This document shows, one piece after another, positions 29,001 through 45,500 of a stretch of 64,000 bases of DNA (position 1 is its first letter; each line of letters starts with the position of its first letter). Below the pieces are notes generated by a model. The model was not told the DNA's origin. It did no database searches and saw only the letters and a program-made list of their open reading frames with translations. Source of the DNA: the human T2T-CHM13v2.0 reference genome, Homo sapiens; assembly GCA_009914755.4 (NCBI GenBank), contig CP068257.2, forward strand, positions 1,568,001 through 1,632,000. Reading direction: 5' to 3'. The position numbers and the translations under genes were made by a program.

Positions 29001-32000
29001 ACATGAAATATCAAAGTTCACAAACTATATATTATATACTGTACATAAAATATCAAAGTACCCAAGGTATATATTCTATACTGTACAAAAAATATCAAAG
29101 TACCCAAAGCATGTATTATATACTGTACCTAAAATATGAAAGTACATCAAATATATATTTTATTCTGTACATAAAATATCAAAGTACACCATATATATAT
29201 TCTATAGTGTACATAAAATATCAAAGTACCCAAACTATACATTATATACTGTACATAAAATATGAAATTACATCAAATATATATTATATTAGGTACATAA
29301 AATATGAAAGTACATCAAATATAGATTATACACTGTACATAAAATATCAAAGTACCCCAAATATATATTATATACTCTACATGAAATATCAAAGTTCACA
29401 AACTATATATTATATACTGTACATAAAATATCAAAGTACCCAAGGTATATATTCTATACTGTAGAAAAAATATCAAAGTACCCAAAGCATGTATTATATA
29501 CTGTACATAAAATATGAAATTACATCAAATATATATTTTATTCTGTACATAAAATATCAAAGTACACCAGATATATATTCTATAGTGTACATAAAATAAC
29601 AAAGTACACAAACTATAAATTATATACTGTACATAAAATATGAAATTACATCAAATATATATTAGGTACATAAAATATGAAAGTACATCAAATATAGATT
29701 ATATACTGTACATTAAATATCAATGTACCCCAAATATATATTTTATACTCGACATGAAATACCAAAGTTCACAAACCATATAATATATACTGTACATTAA
29801 ATATCAAAGTACGCAAGGTATATATTCTATACTGTACAAAAAATATCAAAGTACCCAAAGCATGTATTATATACTGTACATAAAATATGAAAGTACATCA
29901 AATATATATTTTATTCTGTACATAAAATATCAAAGTACACCAGATATATATTCTATAGTGTACATAAAATATCAAAGTACCCAAACTATACATTATATAC
30001 TGTACATAAAATATGAAATTACATCAAATATATATTATATTAGGTACATAAAATATGAAAGTACATCAAATATAGATTATATACTGTACATTAAATACCA
30101 AAGTACCCCAAATATATATTTTATACTGTACATGAAATATCAAAGTTCACAAACTATATATTATATACTGTACATAAAATATCAAAGTACCCAAGGTATA
30201 TATTCTATACTGTACAAAAAATATCAAAGTACCCAAAGCGTGTATTATATACTGTATATAAAATATGAAATTACATCAAATATATATTTTATTCTGTACA
30301 TACAATATCAAAGTACACCAGATATATATTCTATAGTGTACATAAAATATCAAAGTACCCAAACTATACATTATATACTGTACATAAAATATGAAAGTAC
30401 ATCAAATATATATTATATTAGGTACATAAAATATGAAAGTACATCAAATATAGATTATATACTGTACATTAAATACCAAAGTACCCCAAATATACATTTT
30501 ATACTGTACATGAAATATCAAAGTTCACAAACTATATATTATATACTGTACATAAAATATCAAAGTACCTAAGGTATATATTCTATACTGTACAAAAAAT
30601 ATCAAAGTACCCAAAGCACGTATTATATACTGTACCTAAAATATGAAAGTACATCAAATATATATTTTATTCAGTACATAAAATATCAAAGTACACCAGA
30701 TATATATTCTATAGTGTACATAAAATATCAAAGTACCCAAACTATACATTATATACTGTACATAAAATATGAAATTACATCAAATATATATTATATTAGG
30801 TACATAAAATATGAAAGTACATCAAATATAGATTATACACTGTACATAAAATATGAAAGTACCCCAAATATATATTATATACTCTACATGAAATATCAAA
30901 GTTCACAAACTATATATTATATACTGTACATAAAATAAAGTCCCCAAGGTATATATTCTATACTGTAGAAAAAATATCAAAGTACCCAAAGCATGTATTA
31001 TATACTGTATATAAAATATGAAAGTACATCAAATATATATTTTATTCTGTACATAATATATCAAAGTAGACCAGATATATATTCTATAGTGTACATAAAA
31101 TAACAAAGTACAAAAACTATAAATTATATACTGTACATAAAATATGAAATTACATCAAATATATATTAGGTACATAAAATATGAAAGTACATCAAATATA
31201 GATTATATACTGTACATAAAATTTCAATGTACCCCAAATATATATTTTATACTCTACATGAAATATCAAAGTTCACAAACCATATATTATATACTGTACA
31301 TAAAATATCAAAGTTCCCAAGGTATATATTCTATACTATACAAAAAATATCAAAGTACCCAAAGCATGTATTATATACTGTACCTAAAATATGAAAGTAC
31401 ATCAAATATATATTTTATTCTGTACATAAAATATCAAAGTACACCAGATATATATTCTATAGTGTACATAAAATATCAAAGTACCCAAACTATACATTAT
31501 ATACTGTACATAAAATATGAAATTACATCAAATATATTTTATATTAGGTACATGAAATATGAAAGTACATCAAATATAGATTATATACTGTACATTAAAT
31601 ACCAAAGTACCCCAAATATATATTTTATACTGTACATGTAATATCAAAGTTCACAAACTATATATTATATACTGTACATATAATATCAAAGTACCCAAGG
31701 TATATATTCTATACTGTACAAAAAATAACAAAGTACCAAAAGCATGTATAATATACTGTACATAAAATATGAAAGTACATCAAATATATATTTTATTCTG
31801 TACATAAAATATCAAAGTACACCAGATATATATTCTATAATGTACATAAAATATCAAAGTACCCAAACTATACATTATATACTGTACATAAAATATGAAA
31901 TTACATCAAATATATATTATATAAGGTACATAAAATATGAAAGTACAGCAAATATAGATTATATACTGTACATTATATACCAAAGAACCCCAAATATATA

Positions 32001-33899
32001 TTATATACTCTGCATGAAATATCAAAGTTCACAAACTATATATTATATACTGTACATAAAATATCAAAGTACCCAAGGTATATATTCTATACTGTACAAA
32101 AAATATCAAAGTACCCAAAGCATGTATTATATACTGTATATAAAATATGAAAGTACATCAAATATATATTTTATTCTGTACATAAAATATCAAAGTACAC
32201 CAGATATATATTCTATAGTGTACATAAAATAACAAGGTACAAAAACTATAAATTATATAATGTACATAAAATATGAAATTACATCAAATATATATTAGGT
32301 ACATAAAATATGAAAGTACATCAAATATAGATTATATACTGTACATAAAATATCAATGTACCCCAAATATATATTTTATACTCGACATGAAATACCAAAG
32401 TTCACAAACCATATAATATATACTGTACATAAAATATCAAAGTACCCAAGGTATGTATTCTATACTGTACAAAAAATATCAAAGTACCCAAAGCATGTAT
32501 TATATACTGTACATAAAATATGAAAGTACATCAAATATATATTTTATTCTGTACATAAAATATGAAAGTACACCAGATATATATTCTATAGTGTACATAA
32601 AATATCAAAGTACCCAAACTATACATTATATCCTGTACATAAAATATGAAATTACATCAAATATATATTATATTAGGTACATAAAATATGAAAGTACATC
32701 AAATATAGATTATATACTGTACATTAAATACCAAAGTAACCCAAATATATATTTTATACTGTACATGAAATTTCAAAGTTCACAAACTATATATTATATA
32801 CTGTACATAAAATATCAAAGTACCCAAGGTATATATTCTATACTGTGCAAAAAATATCAAAGTACCCAAAGCATGTATTATATACTGTACATAAAATATG
32901 AAAGTACATCAAATATATATTTTATTCTGTACATAAAATATCAAAGTACACCAGATATATATTCTATAGTGTACATAAAATAACAAAGTACACAAAGTAT
33001 AAATTTTATACTGTACATAAAATATGAAATTACATCAAATATATATTAGGTACATAAAATATGAAAGTAGATCAAATATAGATTATATACTGTACATAAA
33101 ATATCAAAGTACCCCAAATATATATTATATACTCTACATGAAATATCAAAGTTCACAAACTATATATTATATACTGTACATAAAATATCAAAGTACCCAA
33201 GGTATATATTCTATACTGTACAAAAAATATCAAAGTACCCAAAGGATGTATTGTATACTGTACATAAAATATGAAAGTACATCAAATATATATTTTATTC
33301 TGTACATAAAATATCAAAGTACACCAGATATATATTCTATAGTGTACATAAAGTAACAAAGTTCACAAACTATACATTATATACTGTACATAAAATATGA
33401 AATTACATCAAATATGTATTAGGTTCATAAAATATGAAAGTACATCAAATATAGATTATATACTGTACATAAAATATCAATGTACCCCAAATATATATTT
33501 TATACTCTACATGAAATATCAAAGTTCACAAACCATATATTATATACTGTACATAAAATATCAAAGTACCCAAAGTATATATTCTATACTATACAAAAAA
33601 TATCAAACTACCCAAAGCATGTATTATATACTGTACATAAAATATGAAAGTACATCAAATATATATTTTATTCTGTACATAAAATATCAAAGTACACCAG
33701 ATATATATTCTATAGTGTACATAAAATATCAAAATACCCAAACTATACATTATATACTGTACATAAAATATGAGATTACATCAAATATATATTATATTAG
33801 GTACATAAAATATGAAAGTACATCAAATATAGATTATATACTGTACATAAAATATCAAAGTACCCCAAATATATATTATATACTGTACATGAAATATCA

Positions 33900-36800
33900 A
33901 AGTTCACAACTATATATTACATACTGTACATAAAATATCAAAGTACCCAATTTATATATTCTATACTGTACAAAAAATATCAAAGTACCCAAAGCATGTA
34001 TTATATACTGTACATAAAATATGAAAGTACATCAGATATATATTTTATTCTGTACATAAAATATCAAAGTACAGAAGATATATATTCTATAGTGTATATA
34101 AAATATCAAAGTACCCAAACTATACATTATATACTGTACATAAAATATGAAATTACATCAAATATGTATTATATTAGGTACATAAAATATGAAAGTACAT
34201 GAAATATAGATTATATACTGTACATAAAATATCAAAGTACCCCAAATTTATATTACATACTATACATGAAATATCAAAGTTCACAAACTATATATTATAT
34301 ACTGTACATAAAATATCAAAGTACCCAAGGTATATATTCTATAGTGTACAAAAAATATCAAAGTACCCAAAGCATGTATTATATACTGTACATAAAATAT
34401 AAAATTACATCAAATATATATTTTATTCTGTACATAAAATATCAAAGTACACCAGATATATATACTATAGTGTACATAAAATATCAAAGTACACAAACTA
34501 TACATTATACACTGTACATAAAATATGAAATTACATCAAATATATATTAGGTACATAAAATATGAAAGTACATCAAATATAGATTATATACTGTACATAT
34601 AATATCAATGTACCCCAAATATATATTTTATACTCTACATGAAATATCAAAGTTCACAAACCATATATTATATACTGTACATAAAATATCAAAGTACCCA
34701 AGGTATATATTCTATACTGTACAAAAAATATCAAAGTACCAAAAGCATGTATTATATACTGTACATAAAATATGAAAGTACATCAAATATATATTTTATT
34801 CTGTACATAAAATATCAAAGTACACCAGATATATATTCTATAGTGTACATAAAATATCAAAGTACCCAAACTATACATTATATACTGTAAATAAAATATG
34901 AAATTACATCAAATATACTTTATATTAGGTACATAAAATATGAAAGTACATCAAATATAGATTATATACTGTGCATGAAATACCAAAGTACCCCAAATAT
35001 ATATTTTATACTGTACATGAAATATCAAAGTTCACAAACTATATATTATATACTGTACATAAAATATCAAAGTACCCAAGGTATATATTCTATACTGTAC
35101 AAAAAATATCAAAGTACCCAAAGCATGTATTATATACTGTACCTAAAATATGAAAGTACATCAAATATATATTTTATTCTGTACATAAAATATCAAAGTA
35201 CACCAGATATATATTCTATAGTGTACATAAAATATCAAAGTACCCAAACTATACATTATATACTGTACATAAAATATGAAATTACATCAAATATATATTA
35301 TATTAGGTACATAAAATATGAAAGTACATCAAATATAGATTATATACTGTACATAAAATATCAATGTACCCCAAATATATATTTTATACTATACATGAAA
35401 TATCAAAGTTCACAAACCATATATTGTATACTGTACATAAAATATCAAAGTACCCAAGGTATATATTCTATACTGTAGAAAAAATATCAAAGTACCCAAA
35501 GCACGTATTATATACTGTACATAAAATATGAAAGTACATCAAATATATATTTTATTCTGTACATAATATATCAAAGTACACCAGATATATATTCTATAGT
35601 GTACATAAAATATCAAAGTACCCAAACTATACATTATATACTGTACATAAAATATGAAATTACATGAAATCTATATTAGGTACATAAAATATGAAAGAAC
35701 ATCAAATATAGATTATATACTGTACATAAAATATCAAAGTACCCAAAATATATATTATATACTGTACATGAAATATCAAAGTTCACAAACTATATATTAT
35801 ATACTGTACATAAAATATCAAAGTACCCAAGGTATATATTCTATACTGTGCAAAAAATATCAAAGTACCCAAAGCATGTATTATATACTGTATATAAAAT
35901 ATGAAAGTACATCAAATATATATTTTATTCTGTACATAAAATATCAAAGTACACCAGATATATATTCTATAGTGTACATAAAATAACAAAGTACAAAAAC
36001 TATAAATTTTATACTGTACATAAAATATGAAATTACATCAAATATATATTAAGTACATAAAATATGAAAGTACATCAAATATAGATTTTATACTGTACAT
36101 AAAATATCAATGTACCCCAAATATATATTTTATACTCTACATGAAATATCAAAGTTCACAAAGCATATATTATATACTGTACATAAAATATCAAAGTACC
36201 CAAGGTATATATTCTATACTACACAAAAAATATCAAAGTACCCAAAGCATGTATTATATACTGTACATAAAATATGAAAGTACATCAAATATATATTTTA
36301 TTCTGTACATAAAATATCAAAGTACACCAGATATATATTCTATAGTGTACATAATATATCAAAGTACCCAAACTATACATTATATACTATACATAAAATA
36401 TGAGATTACATCAAATATATATTATATTAGGTACATAAAATATGAAAGTACATCAAATATAGATTATATACTGTACATAAAATATCAAAGTACCCCAAAT
36501 ATATATTATATACTCTACATGAAATATCAAAGTTCACAAACTATGTATTATATACTGTACATAAAATATCAAAGTACCCAAGGTATATATTCTATACTGT
36601 ACAACAAATATCAAAGTACCCAAAGCATGTATTATATACTGTATATAAAATATGAAAGTACATTAAATATATATTTTATTCTGTACATAAAATACCAAAG
36701 TACACCAGATATATATTCTATAGTGTACATAAAATAAAAAAGTACAGAAACTATAAATTATATACTGTACATAAAATATGAAATTACATCAAATATATAT

Positions 36801-39800
36801 TAGGTACATAAAATATGAAAGTACATCAAATATAGATTATATACTGTACATATAATATCAATGTACCCCAAATATATATTTTATACTCTACATGAAATAT
36901 CAAAGTTCACAAACCATACATTATATACTGTACATAAAATATCAAAGTACCCAAGGTATATATTCTATAGTGTACAAAAAATATCAAAGTACCCAAAGCA
37001 TGTATTATATACTGTACATAAAATATGAAAGTACATCAAATATATATTTTATTCTGTACATAAAATATCAAAGTACACCAGATATATATTCTATAGTGTA
37101 CATAAAATATCAAAGTACCCAAACTATACATTATATACTGTACATAAAATATGAGATTACATCAAATATATATTATATTAGGTACATAAAATATGAAAGT
37201 ACATCAAATATAGATTATATACTGTACATAAAATATCAAAGTACCCCAAATATATATTATATACTGTACATGAAATATCAAAGTTCACAACTATATATTA
37301 CATACTGTACATAAAATATCAAAGTACCCAATTTATATATTCTATACTGTACAAAAAATATCAAAGTACCCAAAGCATGTATTATATACTGTACATAAAA
37401 TATGAAAGTACATCAAATATATATTTTATTCTGTACATAAAATATCAAAGTACAGAAGATATATATTGTATAGTGTATATAAAATATCAAAGTACCCAAA
37501 CTATACATTATATACTGTACATAAAATATGAAATTACATCAAATATGTATTATATTAGGTACATAAAATATGAAAGTACATGAAATATAGATTATATACT
37601 GTACATAAAATATCAAAGTACCCCAAATTTATATTATATACTATACATGAAATATCAAAGTTCACAAACTATATATTATATACTGTACATAAAATATCAA
37701 AGTACCCAAGGTATATATTCTATAGTTTACAAAAAATATCAAAGTACCCAAAGCATGTATTATATACTGTACATAAAATATAAAATTACATCAAATATAT
37801 ATTTTATTCTGTACATAAAATATCAAAGTACACCAGATATATATACTATAGTGTACATAAAATATCAAAGTACCCAAACTATACATTATACACTGTACAT
37901 AAAATATGAAATTACATCAAATATATATTAGGTACATAAAATATGAAAGTACATCAAATATAGATTATATACTGTACATATAATATCAATGTACCCCAAA
38001 TATATATTTTATACTCTACATGAAATATCAAAGTTCACAAACCATATATTATATACTGTACATAAAATATCAAAGTACCCAAGGTATATATTCTATACTG
38101 TACAAAACATATCAAAGTACCCAAAGCATTTATTATATACTGTACATAAAATATGAAACTACATCAAATATATATTTTATTCTGTACATAAAATATCAAA
38201 GTACACCAGATATATATTCTATAGTGTACATAAAATATCAAAGTACCCAAACTATACATTATATACTGTACATAAAATATGAAATTACATCAAATATATT
38301 TTATATTAGGTACATAAAATATGAAAGTACATCAAATATAGATTATATACTGTACATTAAATACCAAAGTACCCCAAATATATATTTTATACTGTACATG
38401 AAATATCAAAGTTCACACACTATATATTATATACTGTACATAAAATATCAAAGTACCCAAGGTATATATTCTATACTGTACAAAAAATATCAAAGTACCC
38501 AAAGCATGTATTATATACTGTACATAAAATATGAAAGTACATCAAATATATATTTTATTCTGTACATAAAATATCAAAGTACACCAGATATATATTCTAT
38601 AGTGTACACAAAATAACAAAGTACACAAACTATAAATTATATACTGTACATAAAATATGAAATTACATCAAATATATATTAGGTACATAAAATATGAAAG
38701 TACATCACATATAGATTATATACTGAACACATAATATCAATGTACCCCAAATATATATTTTATACTCTACATGAAATATCAAAGTTCAGAAACCATACAT
38801 TATATACTGTACATAAAATATCAAAGTACCCAAGGTATATATTCTATACTGTACAAAAAATATCAAAGTACCCAAAGCATGTATTATATACTGTACATAA
38901 AATATGAAAGTACATCAAATATATATTTTATTCTGTACATAAAATATCAAAGTACACCAGATATATATTCTATAGTGTACATAAAATATCAAAGTACCCA
39001 AACTATACATTATATACTGTACATAAAATATGAAATTACATCAAATATATATTAGGTACATAAAATATGAAAGTACATCAAATATAGATTATATACTGTA
39101 CATAAAATATCAAAGTACCCCAAATATATATTATATACTCTACATGAAATATCAAAGTTCACAAACTATATATTATATACTGTACATAAAATATCAAAGT
39201 ACCCAAGGTATATATTCTATACTGTGCGAAAAATATCAAAGTACCCAAAGCATGTATTATATACTGTATATAAAATATGAAAATACATCAAATATATATT
39301 TTATTCTGTACATAAAATATCAAAGTACACCAGATATATATTCTATAGTGTACATAAAATAACAAAGTACACAAACTATAAATTATATACTGTACATAAA
39401 ATATGAAATTACATCAAATATATATTAGGTACATAAAATATGAAAGTACATCAAATATAGATTATATACTGTACATATAATATCAATGTACCCCAAAAAT
39501 ATATTTTATACTCTACATGAAATATCAAAGTTCACAAACCGTACATTATATACTGTACATAAAATATCAAAGTACCCAAGGTATATATTCTATACTGTAC
39601 AAAAAATATCAAAGTACCCAAAGCATGTATTATATACTGTACATAAAATATGAAAGTACATCAAATATATATTTTATTCTGTACATAAAATATCAAAGTA
39701 CACCAGATATATATTCTATAGTGTACATAAAGTAACAAAGTACACAAACTATACATTATATACTGTACATAAAATATGAAATTACATCAAATATATATTA

Positions 39801-42800
39801 GGTACATAAAATATGAAAGTACATCAAATATAGATTATATACTGTACATAAAATATCAATGTACCCCAAATATATATTTTATACTCTACATGAAATATGA
39901 AAGTTCACAAACCATATATTATATACTGTACATAAAATATCAAAGTACCCAATGTATATATTCTATACTATACAAAAAATATCAAAGTACCCAAAGCATA
40001 TATTATATACTGTACATAAAATGTGAAAGTACATCAAATATATATCTTATTCTGTACATAAAATATCAAAGTACCCAAACTATACATTATATACTGTACA
40101 TAAAATATGAAATTACATCAAATATATATTAGGTACATAAAATATGAAAGTACATCAAATATAGATTATATACTGTACATAAAATATCAAAGTACCCCAA
40201 ATATATATTATATACTCTACATGAAATATCAAAGTTCACAAACTATATATTATATACTGTACATATAATATGAAAGTACCCAAAGTATATATTCTATACT
40301 GTACAAAAAATATCAAAGTACCAAAAGCATGTATTATATACTGTATATAAAATATGAAAGTATATTAAATATATATTTTATTCTGTACATAAAATATCAA
40401 AGTACACCAGATATATATTCTATAGTGTACAGAAAATAACAAAGTACACAAACTATAAATTATATACTGTACATAAAATATGAAATTACATCAAATATAT
40501 ATTAGATACATAAAATATGAAAGTACATCAAATATAGATTATATACTGTACATATAATATCAATGTACCCCAAATATATATTTTATACTCTACATGAAAT
40601 ATCAAAGTTCACAAACCATACATTATATACTGTACATAAAATATCAAAGTACCCAAGGTATATATTCTATAGTGTACAAAAAATATCAAAGTACCCAAAG
40701 CATGTATTATATACTGTACATAAAATATGAAAGTACATCAAATATATATTTTATTCTGTACATAAAATATCAAAGTACACCAGATATATATTCTATAGTG
40801 TACATAAAATATCAAAGTACCCAAACTATACATTATATACTGTACATAAAATATGAAATTACATCAAATATATATTATATTAGGTACATAAAATATGAAA
40901 GTACATCAAATATAGATTATATACTGTACATAAAATATCAAAGTACCCCAAATATATATTATATACTGTACATGAAATATCAAAGTTCACAACTATATAT
41001 TATATACTGTACATAAAATATCAAAGTACCCAAGGTATATATTCTATACTGTACAAAAAATATCAAAGTACCCCAAGCATGTATTATATACTGTACATAA
41101 AATATGAAATTACATCAAATATATATTATATTGGGTACATAAAATATGAAAGTACATCAAAAATAGATTATATACTGTACATAAAATATCAAAGTACCCC
41201 AAATATATATTATATACTGTATATGAAATATCAAAGTTCACAACTATATATTACATACTGTACATAAAATATCAAAGTACCCAATTTATATATTCTATAC
41301 TGTACAAAAAATATCAAAGTACCCAAAGCATGTATTATATACTGTACATAAAATATGAAAGTACATCAAATATATATTTTATTCTGTACATAAAATATCA
41401 AAGTACAGAAGATATATATTCTATAGTGTATATAAAATATCAAAGTACCCAAACTATACATTATATACTGTACATAAAATATGAAATTACATCAAATATG
41501 TATTATATTAGGTACATAAAATATGAAAGTACATGAAATATAGATTATATACTGTACATAAAATATCAAAGTACCCCAAATTTATATTATATACTATACA
41601 TGAAATATCAAAGTTCACAAACTATATATTATATACTGTACATAAAATATCAAAGTACCCAAGGTATATATTCTATAATGTACAAAAAATATCAAAGTAC
41701 CCAAAGCATGTATTATATACTGTACATAAAATATAAAATTACATCAAATATATATTTTATTCTGTACATAAAATATCAAAGTACACCAGATATATATACT
41801 ATAGTGTACATAAAATATCAAAGTACCCAAACTATACATTATACACTGTACATATAATATGAAATTACATCAAATATATATTAGGTACATAAAATATGAA
41901 AGTACATCAAATATAGATTATATACTGTACATATAATATCAATGTACCCCAAATATATATTTTATACTCTACATGAAATATCAAAGTTCACAAACCATAT
42001 ATTATGTAATGTACATAAAATATCAAAGTACCCAAGGTATATATTCTATACTGTACAAAACATATCAAAGTACCCAAACCATTTATTATATACTGTACAT
42101 AAAATATGAAACTACATCAAATATATATTTTATTCTGTACATAAAATATCAAAGTACACCAGATATATATTCTATAGTGTACATAAAATATCAAAGTACC
42201 CAAACTATACATTATATACTGTACATAAAATATGAAATTACATCAAATATATTTTATATTAGGTACATAAAATATGAAAGTACATCAAATATATTTTATA
42301 TTAGGTACATAAAATATGAAAGTACATCAAATATAGATTATATACTGTACATTAAATACCAAAGTACCCCAAATATATATTTTATACTGTACATGAAATA
42401 TCAAAGTTCACACACTATATATTATATACTGTACATAAAATATCAAAGTACCCAAGGTATATATTCTATACTGTACAAAAAATATCAAAGTACCCAAAGC
42501 ATGTATTATATACTGTACATAAAATATGAAAGTACATCAAATATATATTTTATTCTGTACATAAAATATCAAAGTACACCAGATATATATTCTATAGTGT
42601 ACATAAAATAACAAAGTACACAAACTATACATTATATACTGTACATAAAATATGAAATTACATCAAATATATATTAGGTACATAAAATATGAAAGTACAT
42701 CAAATATAGATTATATACTGTACATAAAATATCAATGTACCCCAAATATATATTTTATACTCTACATGAAATATCAAAGTTCACAAACCATATATTATAT

Positions 42801-45500
42801 ACTGTACATAAAATATCAAAGTACCCAAGGTATATATTCTATACTATACAAAAAATATCAAAGTACCCAAAGCATGTGTTATATACTGTACATAAAATAT
42901 GAAAGTACATCAAATATATATTTTATTCTGTATATAAAATATCAAAGTACACCAGATATATATTCTATAGTGTACATAAAATATCAAAATACCCAAACTA
43001 TACATTATATACTGTACATAAAATATGAGATTACATCAAATATATATTATATTAGGTACATAAAATATGAAAGTACATCAAATATAGATTATATACTGTA
43101 CATAAAATATCAAAGTACCCCAAATATACATTATATACTCTACATGAAATATCAAAGTTCACAAACTATATATTATATACTGTACATAAAATATCAAAGT
43201 ACCCAAGGTATATATTCTATACTGTACAAAAAATATCAAAGTACCCAAAGCATGTATTATATACTGTATATAAAATAAGAAAGTACATTAAATATATATT
43301 TTATTCTGTACATAAAATATCAAAGTACACCAGATATATATTCTATAGTGTACATAAAATAACAAAGTACACAAACTATAAATTATATACTGTACATAAA
43401 ATATGAAATTACATCAAATATATATTAGGTACATAAAATATGAAACTACATCAAATATATATTATATACTGTACATATAATATCAATGTACCCCAAATAT
43501 ATATTTTATACTCTACATGAAATATCAAAGTTCACAAACCATACATTATATACTATACATAAAATATCAAAGTACCCAAGGTATATATTCTATACTGTAC
43601 AAAAAATATCAAAGTACCCAAAGCATGTATTATATACTCTACATAAAATATGAAAGTACATCAAATATATATTTTATTCTGTACATAAAATATCAAAGTA
43701 CACCAGATATATATTCTATAGTGTACATAAAGTAACAAAGTACACAAACTATACATTATATACTGTACATAAAATATGAAATTACATCAAATATATATTA
43801 GGTACATAAAATATGAAAGTACATCAAATATAGATTATATACTGTACATAAAATATCAATGTACCCCAAATATATATTTTATACTCTACATGAAATATGA
43901 AAGTTCACAAACCATATATTATATACTGTACATAAAATATCAAAGTACCCAATGTATATATTCTATACTATACAAAAAATATCAAAGTACCCAAAGCATG
44001 TATTATATACTGTACATAAAATATGAAAGTACATCAAATATATGTCTTATTCTGTACATAAAATATCAAAGTACCCAAACTATACATTATATACTGTACA
44101 TAAAATATGAAATTACATCAAATATATATTAGGTACATAAAATATGAAAGTACATCAAATATAGATTATATACTGTACATAAAATATCAAAGTACCCCAA
44201 ATATATATTATATACTCTACATGAAATATCAAAGTTCACAAACTATATATTATATACTGTACATATAATATGAAAGTACCCAAGGTATATATTCTATACT
44301 GTACAAAAAATATCAAAGTACCAAAAGCATGTATTATATACTGTATACAGAATATGAAAGTACATTAAATATATATTTTATTCTGTACATAAAATATCAA
44401 AGTACACCAGATATATATTCTATAGTGTACATAAAATAACAAAGTACACAAACTATAAATTATATACTGTACATAAAATATGAAATTACATCAAATATAT
44501 ATTAGGTACATAAAATATGAAAGTACATCAAATATAGATTATATACTGTACATATAATATCAATGTACCCCAAATATATATTTTATACTCTACATGAAAT
44601 ATCAAAGTTCACAAACCATACATTATATACTGTACATAAAATATCAAAGTACCCAAGGTATATATTCTATAGTGTACAAAAAATATGAAAGTACCCAAAG
44701 CATGTATTATATACTGTACATAAAATATGAAACTACATCAAATATATATTTTATTCTGTACATAAAATATCAAAGTACACCAGATATATATTCTATAGTG
44801 TACATAAAATATCAAATTACCCAAACTATACATTATATACTGTACATAAAATATGAAATTACATCAAATATATATTATATTAGGTACATAAAATATGAAA
44901 GTACATCAAATATAGATTATATACTGTACATAAAATATCAAAGTACCCCAAATATATATTATATAGTGTACATGAAATATCAAAGTTCACAACTATATAT
45001 TATATACTGTACATAAAATATCAAAGTCCCCAAGGTATATATTCTATACTGTACAAAAAATATCAAAGTACCCAAAGCATGTATTATATACTGTACATAA
45101 AATATGAAATTACATCAAATATATATTATATTAGGTACATAAAATATGAAAGTACATCAAATATAGATTATATACTGTACATAAAATATCAAAGTACCCC
45201 AAATATATATTATATACTGTACATGAAATATCAAAGTTCACAACTATATATTACATACTGTACATAAAATATCAAAGTACCCAATTTATATATTCTATAC
45301 TGTACAAAAAATATCAAAGTAACCAAAGCATGTATTATATACTGTACATAAAATATGAAAGTACATCAAATATATATTTTATTCTGTACATAAAATATCA
45401 AAGTACAGAAGATATATATTCTATAGTGTACATAAAATATCAAAGTACCCAAACTATACATTTTATACTGTACATAAAATATGAAATTACATCAAATATA
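33900..45500. repeat. Super-repeat of about 3.4 to 4.0 kb in three or more tandem copies, with offsets of 3381, then 3953, then 4000 bp. It is marked by a monomer c carrying a 1-bp deletion (caaagttcacaactatatattacatactg…caatttatat).
   Basis: The marker '…QSSQLYITYCT' ORF ends are at 33933, 37314, 41016, 41267, 45016 and 45267. ORF sets repeat at 33996/37377/41330, 34199/37580/41533, 34266/37647/41600 and 34639/38020/41973. ORFs 39517→43517, 39776→43776, 40594→44594 and 41079→45079 repeat at exactly 4000 bp. Confidence 0.8.
42250..42333 (+). repeat. Single-monomer (42-bp) tandem duplication of an i/a-type monomer.
   Basis: The sequence 'catcaaatatattttatattaggtacataaaatatgaaagta' occurs twice in a row at 42241-42330. 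In ORF 41973..42611 this reads as 'ESTSNIFYIRYIKYESTSNIFYIRYIKYESTSNIDY'. It accounts for the +42 bp in copy 38020→41973 relative to 34639→38020. Confidence 0.8.
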
